Source of the DNA: Bacteroidota bacterium
Lineage (GTDB): Bacteria; Bacteroidota; Bacteroidia; Cytophagales; Flexibacteraceae
Direction: 5' to 3'
Length of the DNA: 64,000 bases
Assembly (NCBI GenBank): GCA_040388605.1
Contig: JAZKBN010000052.1
Coordinates: 2,866-66,865 of the forward strand
Below are positions 17,415-27,814 of the stretch, one piece after another. The notes under the pieces were generated by a model. It searched no databases. It saw only the letters and a program-made list of their open reading frames with translations, and was not told the DNA's origin. The translations under genes were made by a program, and so were the position numbers. Each line of letters begins with the position of its first letter. Within the stretch, counting starts at the first letter, position 1.

Positions 17415-20039
17415 CTACAGTTTCTCTTTAAACGTCAGGGTATAGGTGGTGCCTTTATAAGCCACAATTTCAAGACCGGCGCGTATTTGCTTGCTCAGCT
17501 CATAAACCAGTGTCATACCCAAAGATACACCCGGCGCTCTGGCGCCCGGCATGGCAGAATCTGGCAGGCCGGCGCCGTTATCGCTAACGCTAAGGGTGCA
17601 TATATTGTCAACCTTGCTGAAGGATACTACAATATGACCTTTTGTGCCTTCAGGGAAAGCATGCTTGCATGAATTGCTGATAAGCTCATTTACTATAAGC
17701 CCGCAGGGAACTGCATCGGTCAGGTTCAGGCTTGCATTTTCGGCCTTCAGGCTCAGGCTTACCTGCCCTTTGCTGAGGTAAGAGCGGGCAATGTGTGCAA
17801 TCAGGCTGTCGAGGTACTTGCCGAAATCTATAGTGCTGAACGAGGAGCCCTGGTATAATTGCTCATGAATAAGGGCCATACCTTTTATCCGGTTTTGGCT
17901 TTCCCTGAAAATGGCAATGGTATCAGGGTCGCTGAGGTAATTGCTTTGCAAATGCAGCAGGCCAGATATTACGGCCATATTGTTCTTCACCCTGTGGTGA
18001 ATTTCCTTTATGAGTATCTCTTTTTCGTGGAGGCTGGTTTTAATTTGCTCCTCGTTTTTCCTGCGTTCGCTTACATCAGAAATACGCATCAGCAGGAAGC
18101 TGCGGTTCAGAATATCTATGGTGCTTACCGCGGTGCTGCCCCAGAATTTTTTACCGCTTCGGGTTTCGTATTCCTTTTCAACAAACCATACCTTTTGCTG
18201 CCTGAGCTCCGCTTCCATTTCTGCCATAAGGTGATCAAGGCCCATAATGGTACGGAATTCAGGTGTACCCATACCTATATAATCTCCTTTGCTGCGCACC
18301 CCGAACATCATAACCGCCTGTAAATTGCAATTGGTTATGCGCCTTGTTTCGCCGTCTACGAGAAAGAGGGCATCGGCAGAGTTGTTGAATACGGCTTCAA
18401 GCAGCTGCCTGCTTTCGCGCAGTCGCCTTTCGGCCTGAATGCGGTGGGTAATATCAACACACACGCCCAATACGTCCATAGATCCGTCGGGCCCGGTAAC
18501 AGGGCACTTGGTTGTAAGCAGGTGATGCTCTGCCCCCGTTTCCGGGTTCACATACATTTCTTCCCTTATATGTGTTTCGCGGGTTTCAAGCACATATTTA
18601 TCGGTATCAAGGTACTCGCGCAGGGCTTCTTTATTTTTAATAAATACCTGCTCATAAGAACCCTCAATAGATTCAGGCGTACCACCCAAAGTTTCGGCCA
18701 TGGCTTTGTTCACGAGCTCATAACGTCCATCGGCATTTTTAACGAAAATAAGGTTTGGGTCGGTATCAATAATTCTCCGCAGGTAACTTCGGTAGTTTTC
18801 ACGCTCGCGCTCTGCTTTGAGCCTCTGCGTCATATCAGTAATCATAGCCAGGCGAGCAGTAGGGCCGTTGGGCTCAGGCGGCAGCTCATGCGAATAAACC
18901 TCTACTTCAAGCACATCACCGTTTTTCTTCAGGTGCTTCCAGGCCAGGTGGCTTTTTTCGTTAGGTGTGAGGCTTTTAATACGATCGCGAAGTTTATCCC
19001 TTTCACTTTCAGGCCTTATGTTTTCAATATTCATGCTCATAAATTCATTTCGGCTGTAGCCGTAGAGCTGAATGGCGGCATCGTTTACATCTAAAAAGGC
19101 CAGGTTTTCGGTATTAAAAATCCACATCGGCTGCGGATTATTGGCAAACAAATCCCGGTATCGGTGCTCGCTTTCCTGCAACCTGATTCGGTCTTCACGT
19201 TGAGCGGTAATATCTGTAACGCGTACAAGCAGGTGATCCTGTCCGTCGATAAACAGTTTTTTCACATTCATGGCGCCCCAGCGTACATTACCTTTGAATG
19301 TTTTGTACTCTGCCTCCATGTTAAACTCATTATGTTCGGCAGTTGCTTTAATCATTGTCTGCCTGAGTGCATCACTCGGCGGGTTCACATAAAGGTCCTG
19401 AACATTTGTGTTCAGCAATTGCTCCATGCTGTCGGCTTCAAAAAACTCAAGGGCTTTCAGGTTGCAGGTAATGCTCACAGGTGCCAGAGGGCGACGCAGA
19501 ATGAGCACATCGGGCGACTCCTGCACCACCAGGTTCAGCATATTTTCGCTGTGCAGCAGGCGGTCTGCGGCTTGTTTTTCTGCCGTATTGTTATGCAGGT
19601 TCAACATTACAGCAGTATGCCCGGAACGCCTGTGATCATCTGTAATATCAAGCATGCAGCGGAAATGCTTTGCGCCCTGCGTTATTTCTACTGTACCCGG
19701 TAAATTGGTTTCAAGTACATTTAAAATTGCCCTTCGTATTATTTTCCCGTTTTCATCGCCGAAAACCGATTCAGGCTCTTCACTGAAATTAGTGGCTCGT
19801 CTTTCATCTTCCCGGTATGGCGAAATAATGGTTCCTATTCCGGTAATTCCTCTGCCACGGGCAAAATATATGCAGCCTGAATCATCGGCAAGAGCCATTA
19901 ATGAATCGGGCAGAATAATACAGCCTGTTTCCGGTCCGGGTAAGTCCGATGCGGCCGAATTTACCGTTTGCCTGTCTTCTTCGTTGAATTCGCCTGCGTT
20001 GGTGCCCGCAGCAAAACTGTCTGTTGGTAAATGTCTCAT
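17415..20039 (-). CDS. Multi-PAS sensor histidine kinase (HisKA_2-type)
   Basis: Several PAS-like blocks, EIHHRVKNNMAVISGLLHLQ (HisKA_2 H-box), and a DNGAGLP ATPase box. I prefer the ATG start at 20039 (MRHLPTD…) to the upstream TTG at 20114. Confidence 0.85.
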   Translation of the reverse strand: MRHLPTDSFAAGTNAGEFNEEDRQTVNSAASDLPGPETGCIILPDSLMALADDSGCIYFARGRGITGIGTIISPYREDERRATNFSEEPESVFGDENGKIIRRAILNVLETNLPGTVEITQGAKHFRCMLDITDDHRRSGHTAVMLNLHNNTAEKQAADRLLHSENMLNLVVQESPDVLILRRPLAPVSITCNLKALEFFEADSMEQLLNTNVQDLYVNPPSDALRQTMIKATAEHNEFNMEAEYKTFKGNVRWGAMNVKKLFIDGQDHLLVRVTDITAQREDRIRLQESEHRYRDLFANNPQPMWIFNTENLAFLDVNDAAIQLYGYSRNEFMSMNIENIRPESERDKLRDRIKSLTPNEKSHLAWKHLKKNGDVLEVEVYSHELPPEPNGPTARLAMITDMTQRLKAERERENYRSYLRRIIDTDPNLIFVKNADGRYELVNKAMAETLGGTPESIEGSYEQVFIKNKEALREYLDTDKYVLETRETHIREEMYVNPETGAEHHLLTTKCPVTGPDGSMDVLGVCVDITHRIQAERRLRESRQLLEAVFNNSADALFLVDGETRRITNCNLQAVMMFGVRSKGDYIGMGTPEFRTIMGLDHLMAEMEAELRQQKVWFVEKEYETRSGKKFWGSTAVSTIDILNRSFLLMRISDVSERRKNEEQIKTSLHEKEILIKEIHHRVKNNMAVISGLLHLQSNYLSDPDTIAIFRESQNRIKGMALIHEQLYQGSSFSTIDFGKYLDSLIAHIARSYLSKGQVSLSLKAENASLNLTDAVPCGLIVNELISNSCKHAFPEGTKGHIVVSFSKVDNICTLSVSDNGAGLPDSAMPGARAPGVSLGMTLVYELSKQIRAGLEIVAYKGTTYTLTFKEKL

Positions 20040-20222
20040 AAAGCAATACGATTTGTGGCAGGGCAAAGCCCTGTTTTTCGTCGGTTTAAAGCGCCCTGAA
20101 TAATCGGGGCACAAGCGGGTAAACGGGAGTGTTTCAGGCCCGGCTTAAATCAACAATTTAAGAGTGCCGGCTCTTTATTAAATTCTTAAAGTATTATGGT
20201 TCATTAAATGAACCCGGGGAAT

Positions 20223-22151
20223 TTACTCTTCTGTCATTGGCGGAGATTTCCGCCTGAGTTGTTTTACAAGAAAACGTGTGGTATCAACGGTAACCGGGGT
20301 ACTTACATTCTGCTGCTTACTTAAGGTAAGTATTTTAAATTTACCCGTTTCAGGATATATTCTTTGCAGCGGTCCGTCGCCAATCCTGATATCAACGGGC
20401 ATATTAAAGCCGGGTGCATCGGCCGCCCATTCATACATGATATTATCATCTTTCTCCAGGAAAAGCAAAACGGGGGGTTCTTTGTAATGTAAGTATTGGC
20501 GAAAAAAAGAATTGAAATCAGTTTTTGTTTCTACATTAATAAAAGCCACAAGACTGTCGGTTGAGGTTTGCTTACCTCCAAAATGTTGCTGAATGCGCTT
20601 CAGCAGGCTAAAAAATTCAGGGTCGTTATTCATTACACTGCGTAGGGTATGCAGCATCCAGGCGCCTTTATAGTAAATATCGTTATCTGTTCTCTTATGG
20701 AAAGCCACGTTGCGTGGGGCAAGCAGGGGCTTTTTATTTTTAATGTAGCCGCGCTGCATTTCAAGGTAAGCCAGGGCAGAATCTTTGCCTTTTAAACATT
20801 CCAGGTACAGTGTTTCGGAATAAGTGCAAAAACCTTCATGAATCCACATATCTGCAGGGTCTGAAACGCTTACATTATTACCCCAGTACTCATGCCCGCT
20901 TTCATGGATAATTATAAAATCGAAGCCTTGCGTGCGGTTCTTAAAGTTGTTCCCGTAGGCAATTGCGCCCTGGTGCTCCATACCCCAATAAGGGGTTTGA
21001 ACAAGCGCATAGCCGTCTTTTGCATAGGGGTAGGGCCCGAACAAATCCTCGTAGCAGCGCAGCATGGGCTTCACCTGCTTAAAGTGTTTTTGTGCAATTT
21101 CTTTGTTCTTGCGCAGCACGTAATAATCAAGTGAATATTCAGTTATTTTTGCACCGGTATTTGCATTTTTCCGGAGTTCAGCAACCCTTGCAGTCCCGGG
21201 TTTCGGGCCCCTGTACACCTCGCTGAAGTGCACATAATCTGCCACGTTCAGGGTTATATTGTAAGTATTAATAGGGTAAGTAACCTGCCATGTAAAGCGG
21301 GTATAGCCATCGGGCAGCTTTGTGGTTTCAGCCAGGTTTCCGTTGCTTACGCACATAAGACCGGTTGGCACCTCGGTACTGATGGTTGCGCCCCTATCAG
21401 GCTCATCGCTGAGGTGATCTTTGCAGGGGAACCAGATACTTGCGCCCACATCTTCGCAGCTTACACCAATCCAGGGCTTAAGCTCGTTGCTGCTGCTGTC
21501 GGTGGCGAACACGAAACCCCCGTCCCAGGGTGGTTTTGCGGCAAGCATGGGGTTGCCGTGGTAGTAAACCCTTGCCATATTACTGCTTCCGGCCAAAAGC
21601 TTTACCGGTGAATGTACAAATACCGCATTCAGCTCCCGTGTATAATACACGGCATTACCCTTAGGAGCAGGGGCTTGCATAGCCGGGGCTTTAGCTCCGG
21701 CAACTGTTTTTTTGGCGCCGGGCCCTGCCTTTACAGTTAAAGGGGCCGGAGAATACATCAGGATGCTGTCTATGATTAAATTGGCATAGAGGTCAAGCTG
21801 CATGATGCTGAAATCATCGGTGGCTTTAAAAGTAATATCGGTATAGCCGGCTATGCTTTTTTGTTCGGGTACAAGGCGCAGGTGCAGGCCATAATGCTGC
21901 ACATCGAAACAGGTACGATAGGGGCTTAATGCGCCGCGTAAAGTATCGGCGCGGTTAAAAATCAGGTTTGAGTCTATCAGGCGGCCGGGCCGGCCGGGCG
22001 GGCGTGGTATTTGCTTTGGCAGCAGGCTTGGCTTAACGCCCTGGGCAAATACCGAATCAGGTGACAAAAGGCCGGCAGCAAAAGCTGCTGCCATTAAAAC
22101 ACATAGGGACGAAACACGAAAAAGCCCCTTTTTTATATCTCGTAATTGCAA
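20223..22151 (-). CDS. M1-family zinc metallopeptidase (aminopeptidase N-like), secreted
   Basis: HESGHEYWGN (HExxH) and downstream WIHEGFCTY (Glu ligand). The start is uncertain: a TTG at 22151 gives the signal peptide QLRDIKKGLFRVSSLCVLMAAAFAAGLLSPDSVFA, whereas the track ORF extends to 22220. Confidence 0.85.
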   Translation of the reverse strand: MQLRDIKKGLFRVSSLCVLMAAAFAAGLLSPDSVFAQGVKPSLLPKQIPRPPGRPGRLIDSNLIFNRADTLRGALSPYRTCFDVQHYGLHLRLVPEQKSIAGYTDITFKATDDFSIMQLDLYANLIIDSILMYSPAPLTVKAGPGAKKTVAGAKAPAMQAPAPKGNAVYYTRELNAVFVHSPVKLLAGSSNMARVYYHGNPMLAAKPPWDGGFVFATDSSSNELKPWIGVSCEDVGASIWFPCKDHLSDEPDRGATISTEVPTGLMCVSNGNLAETTKLPDGYTRFTWQVTYPINTYNITLNVADYVHFSEVYRGPKPGTARVAELRKNANTGAKITEYSLDYYVLRKNKEIAQKHFKQVKPMLRCYEDLFGPYPYAKDGYALVQTPYWGMEHQGAIAYGNNFKNRTQGFDFIIIHESGHEYWGNNVSVSDPADMWIHEGFCTYSETLYLECLKGKDSALAYLEMQRGYIKNKKPLLAPRNVAFHKRTDNDIYYKGAWMLHTLRSVMNNDPEFFSLLKRIQQHFGGKQTSTDSLVAFINVETKTDFNSFFRQYLHYKEPPVLLFLEKDDNIMYEWAADAPGFNMPVDIRIGDGPLQRIYPETGKFKILTLSKQQNVSTPVTVDTTRFLVKQLRRKSPPMTEE

Positions 22152-22523
22152 AATACAGTAGGTAATACGTTGAAAACACAGCGCAAAGGGCGCAGAAAAA
22201 CAATTAAATAAGCTTGGCAAAATATTCAGATTTGATTTTAAGGCCGGTATTTTATGCCCTTAATTGTTCCGCTCAGGTATTAAAAAAGACCATGCGCAGG
22301 CAATTTATTGCAGGCCAAAGCAGTTATATCGAAATTGGAACATTATTGATAACCGGGGTTTTACCGGGCCCGGCTAAGAAGGAATATGAACAAACCTTGG
22401 TTTCGCAATTGAACCAAGTTCCGGGAATTCAGTCATATAACAAAATCTCTGTTTTTCTGCCCGGCAAATAATTGCGCGGCTTGATTCTGAAAGAGCAATA
22501 AAGGTATAAAAACCTGATAAATT

Positions 22524-23447
22524 ATGCGTCATACCCTATATGTATTATTGGCTTTTTTGCTCCCATACCGGGCGCATGCAGCCGGTATGCAGCAGTATGC
22601 CGACCTTAAAATTACCGAAGAAGTAAAAGAATCGTATTTTGAGTACCCAAGCCCGGGACTTCCTGCCCTGGCCTCCGACCCTGATTCTTCCCGGAGCGGC
22701 GACCCCGACAGCAGCCTGAGCGCAGATTCTCGCAGGCGTATTCGCCGATCGAATATATTTGTTCGCCGAGACAGCACCGGGCATATAATACCTTATTCGC
22801 CTGCCAACCTTTCGTTCTTCGGCCGGCGCGACCCTGCAAGAATTCAACCGGGAAAAACCAATATTCGCCTGGTAGCCAACCTTGATGCACGTAACAGCTT
22901 TATACTCGGCTCGCAGGCCTTTATGCTGGGCGGCAAGCTGGGCCTTGAGTTTAACGACAGGTGGCGCACCGGCATAGGCTATTACTTCCTGCCTAAGGCA
23001 TATATTTACAATTACAGTCCGCCCTCTAATGAGCCGCAGCCCTTGGTGGTGCAACAGAAAATGAGCTTCTCTTATTTTTCCTTATACGGCGAATACGTAA
23101 TGTACAGCAATCGTAAATGGGAGTTCAGCAGCCCTGTTTCACTGGGCTTCGGTAACATTCACATGAGCGATCTTGATTTGAACGGCAGGCCCATAGATAA
23201 GCCCCGCAACCGCCCTGTTTTGCTGATTGAGCCTTACCTGAGCGGGCATTACCGCATTTTCAGCTGGGTGGGCATAGGCGCCGGGGTGGGCTACCGCCAT
23301 GTATTCGATACCCGCAAAAAATTCAAATTCGATAACGATACCCGTCTCAGCCGCGGCTTCGACTCACCCATCTGGATTGTAAAAGTCAAGCTTTTCCCCG
23401 GCGATATATTAAGGGTTTTCCAAGGGAGACAAAGCGTTTGGAAATAG
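22524..23447 (+). CDS. Hypothetical secreted protein, beta-barrel-like C-terminal half
   Basis: Signal peptide MRHTLYVLLAFLLPYRAHA, a Ser/Asp/Pro-rich linker, then alternating-pattern strands (GIGYYF, FSYFSLYGEYVMY, GIGAGVGYRHVF). Confidence 0.6.
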   Translation: MRHTLYVLLAFLLPYRAHAAGMQQYADLKITEEVKESYFEYPSPGLPALASDPDSSRSGDPDSSLSADSRRRIRRSNIFVRRDSTGHIIPYSPANLSFFGRRDPARIQPGKTNIRLVANLDARNSFILGSQAFMLGGKLGLEFNDRWRTGIGYYFLPKAYIYNYSPPSNEPQPLVVQQKMSFSYFSLYGEYVMYSNRKWEFSSPVSLGFGNIHMSDLDLNGRPIDKPRNRPVLLIEPYLSGHYRIFSWVGIGAGVGYRHVFDTRKKFKFDNDTRLSRGFDSPIWIVKVKLFPGDILRVFQGRQSVWK

Positions 23448-23831
23448 AAAACCTAAAGAATTAAAAAAGCTTTTTAAGGGCGCAGCGCATACATAAATGT
23501 GTGCTTTGTGCATGTTACTTCATTACCGGTTTATTTTTTTGCACTTATTCCTATGCCCTTTTCCACAAATTGATATGTTCCCGAATTTCGGAATTTTATA
23601 CCCATCAGAAAGGCTGTATTATTCCCCGGTTTACAGCGTTATATAAAGTAAGCAATATAATATTCTATTTTTTAAGCACGTAGTTTAGAAATGTTCTGCA
23701 TAAGCACATTCTTTAATCTTTTTAAATCTGTTTCCGGGCTTGGGGCGTATGTTTTGTTATGTAAGCCGGGCCGAATATGCTTGTTACACAGCGAAACGGC
23801 TTAAAATAAACCACTAAACAAAATTAAACCT

Positions 23832-24557
23832 ATGAACCAGGACCATCTCTTGGAAAAGCAGGAAACCGATCAGGACCAAAGCCTGGTTAACCTTGCCTCC
23901 CGACCCATCAGTCGTAAAAACTTTATGCTTTTCAGCGGCGCCACTGCTGTTTCGGCCATCCTGCTGCAATCATGCAGTAAAGATGATGACAACACCCCGG
24001 CCTCTGCCGATGTAACCCTCACCAACGACGATTACGGCGTGCTCAATTACGCCTATGCCCTTGAGCAGCTTGAAGCAGCATTTTATACCCAGGTTGTGGC
24101 AACCCCCTATACCGGCATTACCGCTTCTGAAAAAACCATGCTTACCGATATTATGTACCACGAAGTTGCCCACGTGGCTTTCCTGAAAGCAGCATTAGGT
24201 ACAAAAGCCATAGGCAGCCTGACCCCCGATTTTTCAAGCATTGATTTCACCAGCAAAACTTCGGTGCTTACAACGGCACAGACGTTTGAAGACCTTGGCG
24301 TATCGGCCTACAACGGCGTTGCCAAACATATTAAAGATGCCAATTACCTCTTGGCTGCCGGTAAAATTGTTTCGGTAGAGGCACGCCATGCCGCCATTAT
24401 ACGCGAAACACTGAACCCGAATACCGCTGCATTTGCATCGGCCCCAACTGTGGCCACCGCCACGGGCTTAGATACCCTGCATACCGTGCCTGAAGTTTTG
24501 GCCGCAGCAGGAAAGTATATTAAGAACAAAATTACCTCTAACCTGCCCACCACGTAA
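23832..24557 (+). CDS. Ferritin-like domain protein with exported lipoprotein-type leader
   Basis: LNYAYALEQLEAAFY and VEARHAAIIR (di-iron ferritin-like helices). N-terminal SRKNFMLFSGATAVSAILLQSCS. Confidence 0.8.
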   Translation: MNQDHLLEKQETDQDQSLVNLASRPISRKNFMLFSGATAVSAILLQSCSKDDDNTPASADVTLTNDDYGVLNYAYALEQLEAAFYTQVVATPYTGITASEKTMLTDIMYHEVAHVAFLKAALGTKAIGSLTPDFSSIDFTSKTSVLTTAQTFEDLGVSAYNGVAKHIKDANYLLAAGKIVSVEARHAAIIRETLNPNTAAFASAPTVATATGLDTLHTVPEVLAAAGKYIKNKITSNLPTT

Positions 24558-24613
24558 GAGCCGGGGTAATTGCACCTGTTAATTAATATTCACCCAACAA
24601 AAATCTAAGCAAA

Positions 24614-25495
24614 ATGTTACTTCAGAATATATTCAAAATGTTGGACCTCAACGTTATAGACGACGAGACCAACTCAAAATTACAGAGCCGCAGAATGGCT
24701 ATTGAAAAAGCAGGCAGGTTCGGCGCCAAGGTTGCGGCAGCCACCTTGCCGGTAGTGCTTACCATGCTCCCACGAATTGTTAAAGCCCAAACCCAATCGG
24801 CGGTAGATGTGCTTAATTATGCGCTCACCCTTGAGCACCTGGAAGCATCTTTCTACAATATTGCTATTGGCAATGCATCTAATATTGCCAACGGCATAGG
24901 CGCAGTAACCTTAGATGCCAATGCAAAACGCATTGTTGATCTTATTGCCGCCCACGAAACCGCCCACGTTAAATTGCTCCGCGATGCCCTTGTGGCCGCA
25001 AACGCTTTAACTGCCGCTGACCCCACCGTAAACACCTACGACTGGACCGCCAAAGGCAACCTTGGTACCGACAAAGGCGCAGCCTTTGCAGACCAGGCCA
25101 CTTTCCTTACCGTTGCGCAGGCATTCGAAGATACTGGTGTTCGTGCCTATAAAGGCCGTGCCGGCGAGCTTGTTGGCGATATGACCTATTTGCCCATAGC
25201 CCTTTCCATTCACTCTGTTGAAGCAAGGCACGCTGCGGCCATCCGTATGCTTCGCGGGCAAAAAGGCTGGGTTACAGGCGGCACATCCACCTCTAACGGA
25301 ACACCGGCTTTCACCAACGGGGTTTACGCTGCAAGCGCAACATCGCCGGGCGAAGACAACACCACGCAGGCAGGGGTAGATCTTAAAAGCCTATCTGCAT
25401 TAAGCACCTATTCTGCCGGCAGTCTTGGCGAAGCCTTTGATGAACCTTTGGAACCCACAACCGTATTAGCCATTGCCGGCCTGTTCCTGAAATAG
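24614..25495 (+). CDS. Ferritin-like domain protein (paralog of the upstream gene)
   Basis: LNYALTLEHLEASFY and VEARHAAAIRMLR. Tat-like SRRMAIEKAGRFGAKVAAATLPVV leader. Confidence 0.8.
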   Translation: MLLQNIFKMLDLNVIDDETNSKLQSRRMAIEKAGRFGAKVAAATLPVVLTMLPRIVKAQTQSAVDVLNYALTLEHLEASFYNIAIGNASNIANGIGAVTLDANAKRIVDLIAAHETAHVKLLRDALVAANALTAADPTVNTYDWTAKGNLGTDKGAAFADQATFLTVAQAFEDTGVRAYKGRAGELVGDMTYLPIALSIHSVEARHAAAIRMLRGQKGWVTGGTSTSNGTPAFTNGVYAASATSPGEDNTTQAGVDLKSLSALSTYSAGSLGEAFDEPLEPTTVLAIAGLFLK

Positions 25496-25555
25496 GATTC
25501 ACGCGGTTAAATATTGGCCTTGTTTTATTGACGGAAAACAATTAGCATGTTTATG

Positions 25556-25589
25556 AAATGCCTGCAAGCAATTGCAGGCATTTTCGTTT
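25556..25589 (+). terminator. Rho-independent terminator after the ferritin-like pair
   Basis: aaatgcctgcaa-gcaa-ttgcaggcattt, followed by tcgttt. Confidence 0.6.
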
Positions 25590-25684
25590 GTATGCAGCCG
25601 GGTTTAAGGCTAAACACGGGCAAAACCCTTACCTTTGCACCCGAATCAGGGCCATGTTGCAAAATGCGCCCGGATTAATACACA

Positions 25685-27232
25685 ATGGAAAGAGAAGTAA
25701 GGGTTCGTTTTGCGCCCAGCCCAACCGGTTCGCTGCATATTGGCGGCGTGCGTACGGCTTTATATAATTACCTGCTGGCTAAACAGACAGGCGGCAAATT
25801 CATTATCCGTATAGAGGATACCGACCAAAACCGCTTTGTTCCCGGCGCCGAAGAATACATTTTTGAATCATTAGCCTGGTGCGGCATTACCCCTGACGAA
25901 GGCCCCAACGAAGGCGGACCTTTTGCCCCCTATCGCCAAAGTGAGCGCAAGCCTATGTATATGGCTTTTGCCCAACGCCTTGTTGATGAAGGCAATGCCT
26001 ATTACGCTTTCGATACTTCTGAAGAGCTTGACGAAATGCGCGAGCGCCTGAAAATGGCCAAGGTGGTGGCTCCCCAGTACAATGCCATTACCCGGGCCAC
26101 CATGAAAAACAGCCTCACCCTGCCCGAAGACGAGGTTAAGGCCCGCCTCGCAAGCGGCGACCCCTATGTGATTCGCCTGAAAGTACCCCGCAAAGAGGAA
26201 ATTCGCCTGCACGATATGATTCGCGGCTGGGTAATGGTGCACAGCAGCACGCTTGATGATAAGGTGCTCATGAAGTCAGACGGCATGCCCACTTACCACC
26301 TTGCCAACGTGGTGGATGACCATTTAATGGAAATCTCACATGTGATTCGCGGTGAAGAATGGCTGCCATCGGCCCCTACCCACGTTTTGCTGTACCGTGC
26401 ATTCGGCTGGGAAGATACCATGCCGCAATTTGCCCACCTGCCCCTGCTGCTCAAGCCCGACGGTAACGGAAAGCTCAGCAAGCGCGACGGCGATGCCCTT
26501 GGCTTCCCCGTATTCCCTATTGCTTATACCGACCAGGCTACCGGAAATACCGTTTCCGGATTCCGTGAAAGCGGTTATTTGCCTGAGGCTATGGTGAACT
26601 TCCTGGCCTTTCTCGGCTGGAACCCAGGTACCCAACAGGAAATTTTCAGCATGGATGAGCTCGTTAAAGCCTTCAGCGTGGAACGCATAGGCAAGAGCGG
26701 CACCAAGTTCGATATAGAAAAAGCGCGTTGGTTCAACAAGCAATACCTGCACGCCCGTCCCGATGCCGAGCTGGCCGGCTACCTGAAAGCAGGCCTTGAA
26801 GAAATTGGTATCAGCATAGGCGACGATGCCGCCCTGCGTGCCATGACCCTTGTAAAAGACCGCACCACCTACCCTAAAGATTTCGCCACAGAAGCAGCTA
26901 TACTTTTCCAAAAGCCTGATTCTTATGATGAAAAAGTTGCCAACAGCAAATGGACAGATGATGCTGTGGCTGTTATAGGCACTTTAGCCGATGCGCTTGA
27001 AAACCTGCCCTTCGTAACTGCCGCAGATGCCGGGCACCTGTTCCATGAAACTGCAGATAAGCTGCAGATTAAAGCAGGCAAAGCCATGCAGCCCCTTCGT
27101 TTGGCCATTACCGGTAAAGGCGCCGGGCCTGATCTTATGACCATGATAGAAATTCTTGGCCCTAAAGAAACCGCCGCCCGCATTCGTACCGCCATTCATG
27201 AGCTGAAAGGTTTTATACCCGTTAAAGCTTAA
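25685..27232 (+). CDS. gltX: Glutamate--tRNA ligase
   Basis: RVRFAPSPTGSLHIGGVRTALYNY (HIGH) and GKLSKRDG (KMSKS). Length 515 aa. Confidence 0.95.
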   Translation: MEREVRVRFAPSPTGSLHIGGVRTALYNYLLAKQTGGKFIIRIEDTDQNRFVPGAEEYIFESLAWCGITPDEGPNEGGPFAPYRQSERKPMYMAFAQRLVDEGNAYYAFDTSEELDEMRERLKMAKVVAPQYNAITRATMKNSLTLPEDEVKARLASGDPYVIRLKVPRKEEIRLHDMIRGWVMVHSSTLDDKVLMKSDGMPTYHLANVVDDHLMEISHVIRGEEWLPSAPTHVLLYRAFGWEDTMPQFAHLPLLLKPDGNGKLSKRDGDALGFPVFPIAYTDQATGNTVSGFRESGYLPEAMVNFLAFLGWNPGTQQEIFSMDELVKAFSVERIGKSGTKFDIEKARWFNKQYLHARPDAELAGYLKAGLEEIGISIGDDAALRAMTLVKDRTTYPKDFATEAAILFQKPDSYDEKVANSKWTDDAVAVIGTLADALENLPFVTAADAGHLFHETADKLQIKAGKAMQPLRLAITGKGAGPDLMTMIEILGPKETAARIRTAIHELKGFIPVKA

Positions 27233-27265
27233 ATCCGGGAACCCGGCCCCGCTTGCCGGAACTTA

Positions 27266-27802
27266 TTGTTTACAATTTTGCCTATGTGCTTCCGCAACCT
27301 TGTTTCCCGGTTTTGTACCCTTAATGCTTTGGGTACATGTATCGGCATTTCAGCAGTCTGGCTGCTCTTTGGTTGCGGCAGCGCATACGCGCAAAAACCC
27401 GACGACAGCCTCAGCCGATTCAGGCCCCGTTACATTGCCCCTCCGCCGCCTGCCAGGCCTGTAGAAGACCCGAAGGCGCCCGTTGTGCCGGTTAACCAGA
27501 TTAATGCCCAAATTCAGCAGCTCATGGACAGCATTGCTGAAAACAACCGCCGCATTACCGGTTCGCAGGGTTACCGCATATCTGTTTACACCGGCAACAG
27601 CCGCGATATTGCCATGACCGGGCGCGATAAAATTTATAAGCTGTACCCCGAGCTCCGTGTTTACCTTACCTATAAGCTGCCCACCTTCAAGCTTAAAATA
27701 GGCGACTACTTTAATAAGTTCGATGCCCAAAGGGCTTACGAAAAAATTAAAGCTGAATTCCCGGAAGCTGTAATTGTGCAGGACGAAATTAACGTTCGCT
27801 GA
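27266..27802 (+). CDS. SPOR domain protein
   Basis: Signal/TM region, Pro-rich linker, and a C-terminal SPOR-like module (GYRISVYTGNSRD…FKLKIGDYFNKFDAQRAYEKIKAEFPEAVIV). The start is either the TTG at 27266 or the ATG at 27284. Confidence 0.8.
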   Translation: MFTILPMCFRNLVSRFCTLNALGTCIGISAVWLLFGCGSAYAQKPDDSLSRFRPRYIAPPPPARPVEDPKAPVVPVNQINAQIQQLMDSIAENNRRITGSQGYRISVYTGNSRDIAMTGRDKIYKLYPELRVYLTYKLPTFKLKIGDYFNKFDAQRAYEKIKAEFPEAVIVQDEINVR

Positions 27803-27814
27803 TACATTCTTATA

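Noticed and set aside
20040-20114. TTG-initiated N-terminal extension of the histidine kinase, and similar upstream extensions of the AKR (7382), ndh (33474), ku (56305), rsmA (48032) and TauE (60893) ORFs
   Set aside because: In each case an internal ATG gives the canonical family N-terminus or signal peptide. The extensions are non-conserved-looking read-through of the upstream spacer.
22214-22471. 85-aa + strand ORF between the M1 peptidase and the beta-barrel-like gene. Similar short ORFs lie at 41899..42120, 23501..23683, 30556..30768, 43605..43844 and 60577..60789
   Set aside because: They lie in promoter or spacer regions or overlap gene ends. They have poor or non-ATG starts and a low-complexity or odd composition, and they match no domain. 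Treated as non-coding.
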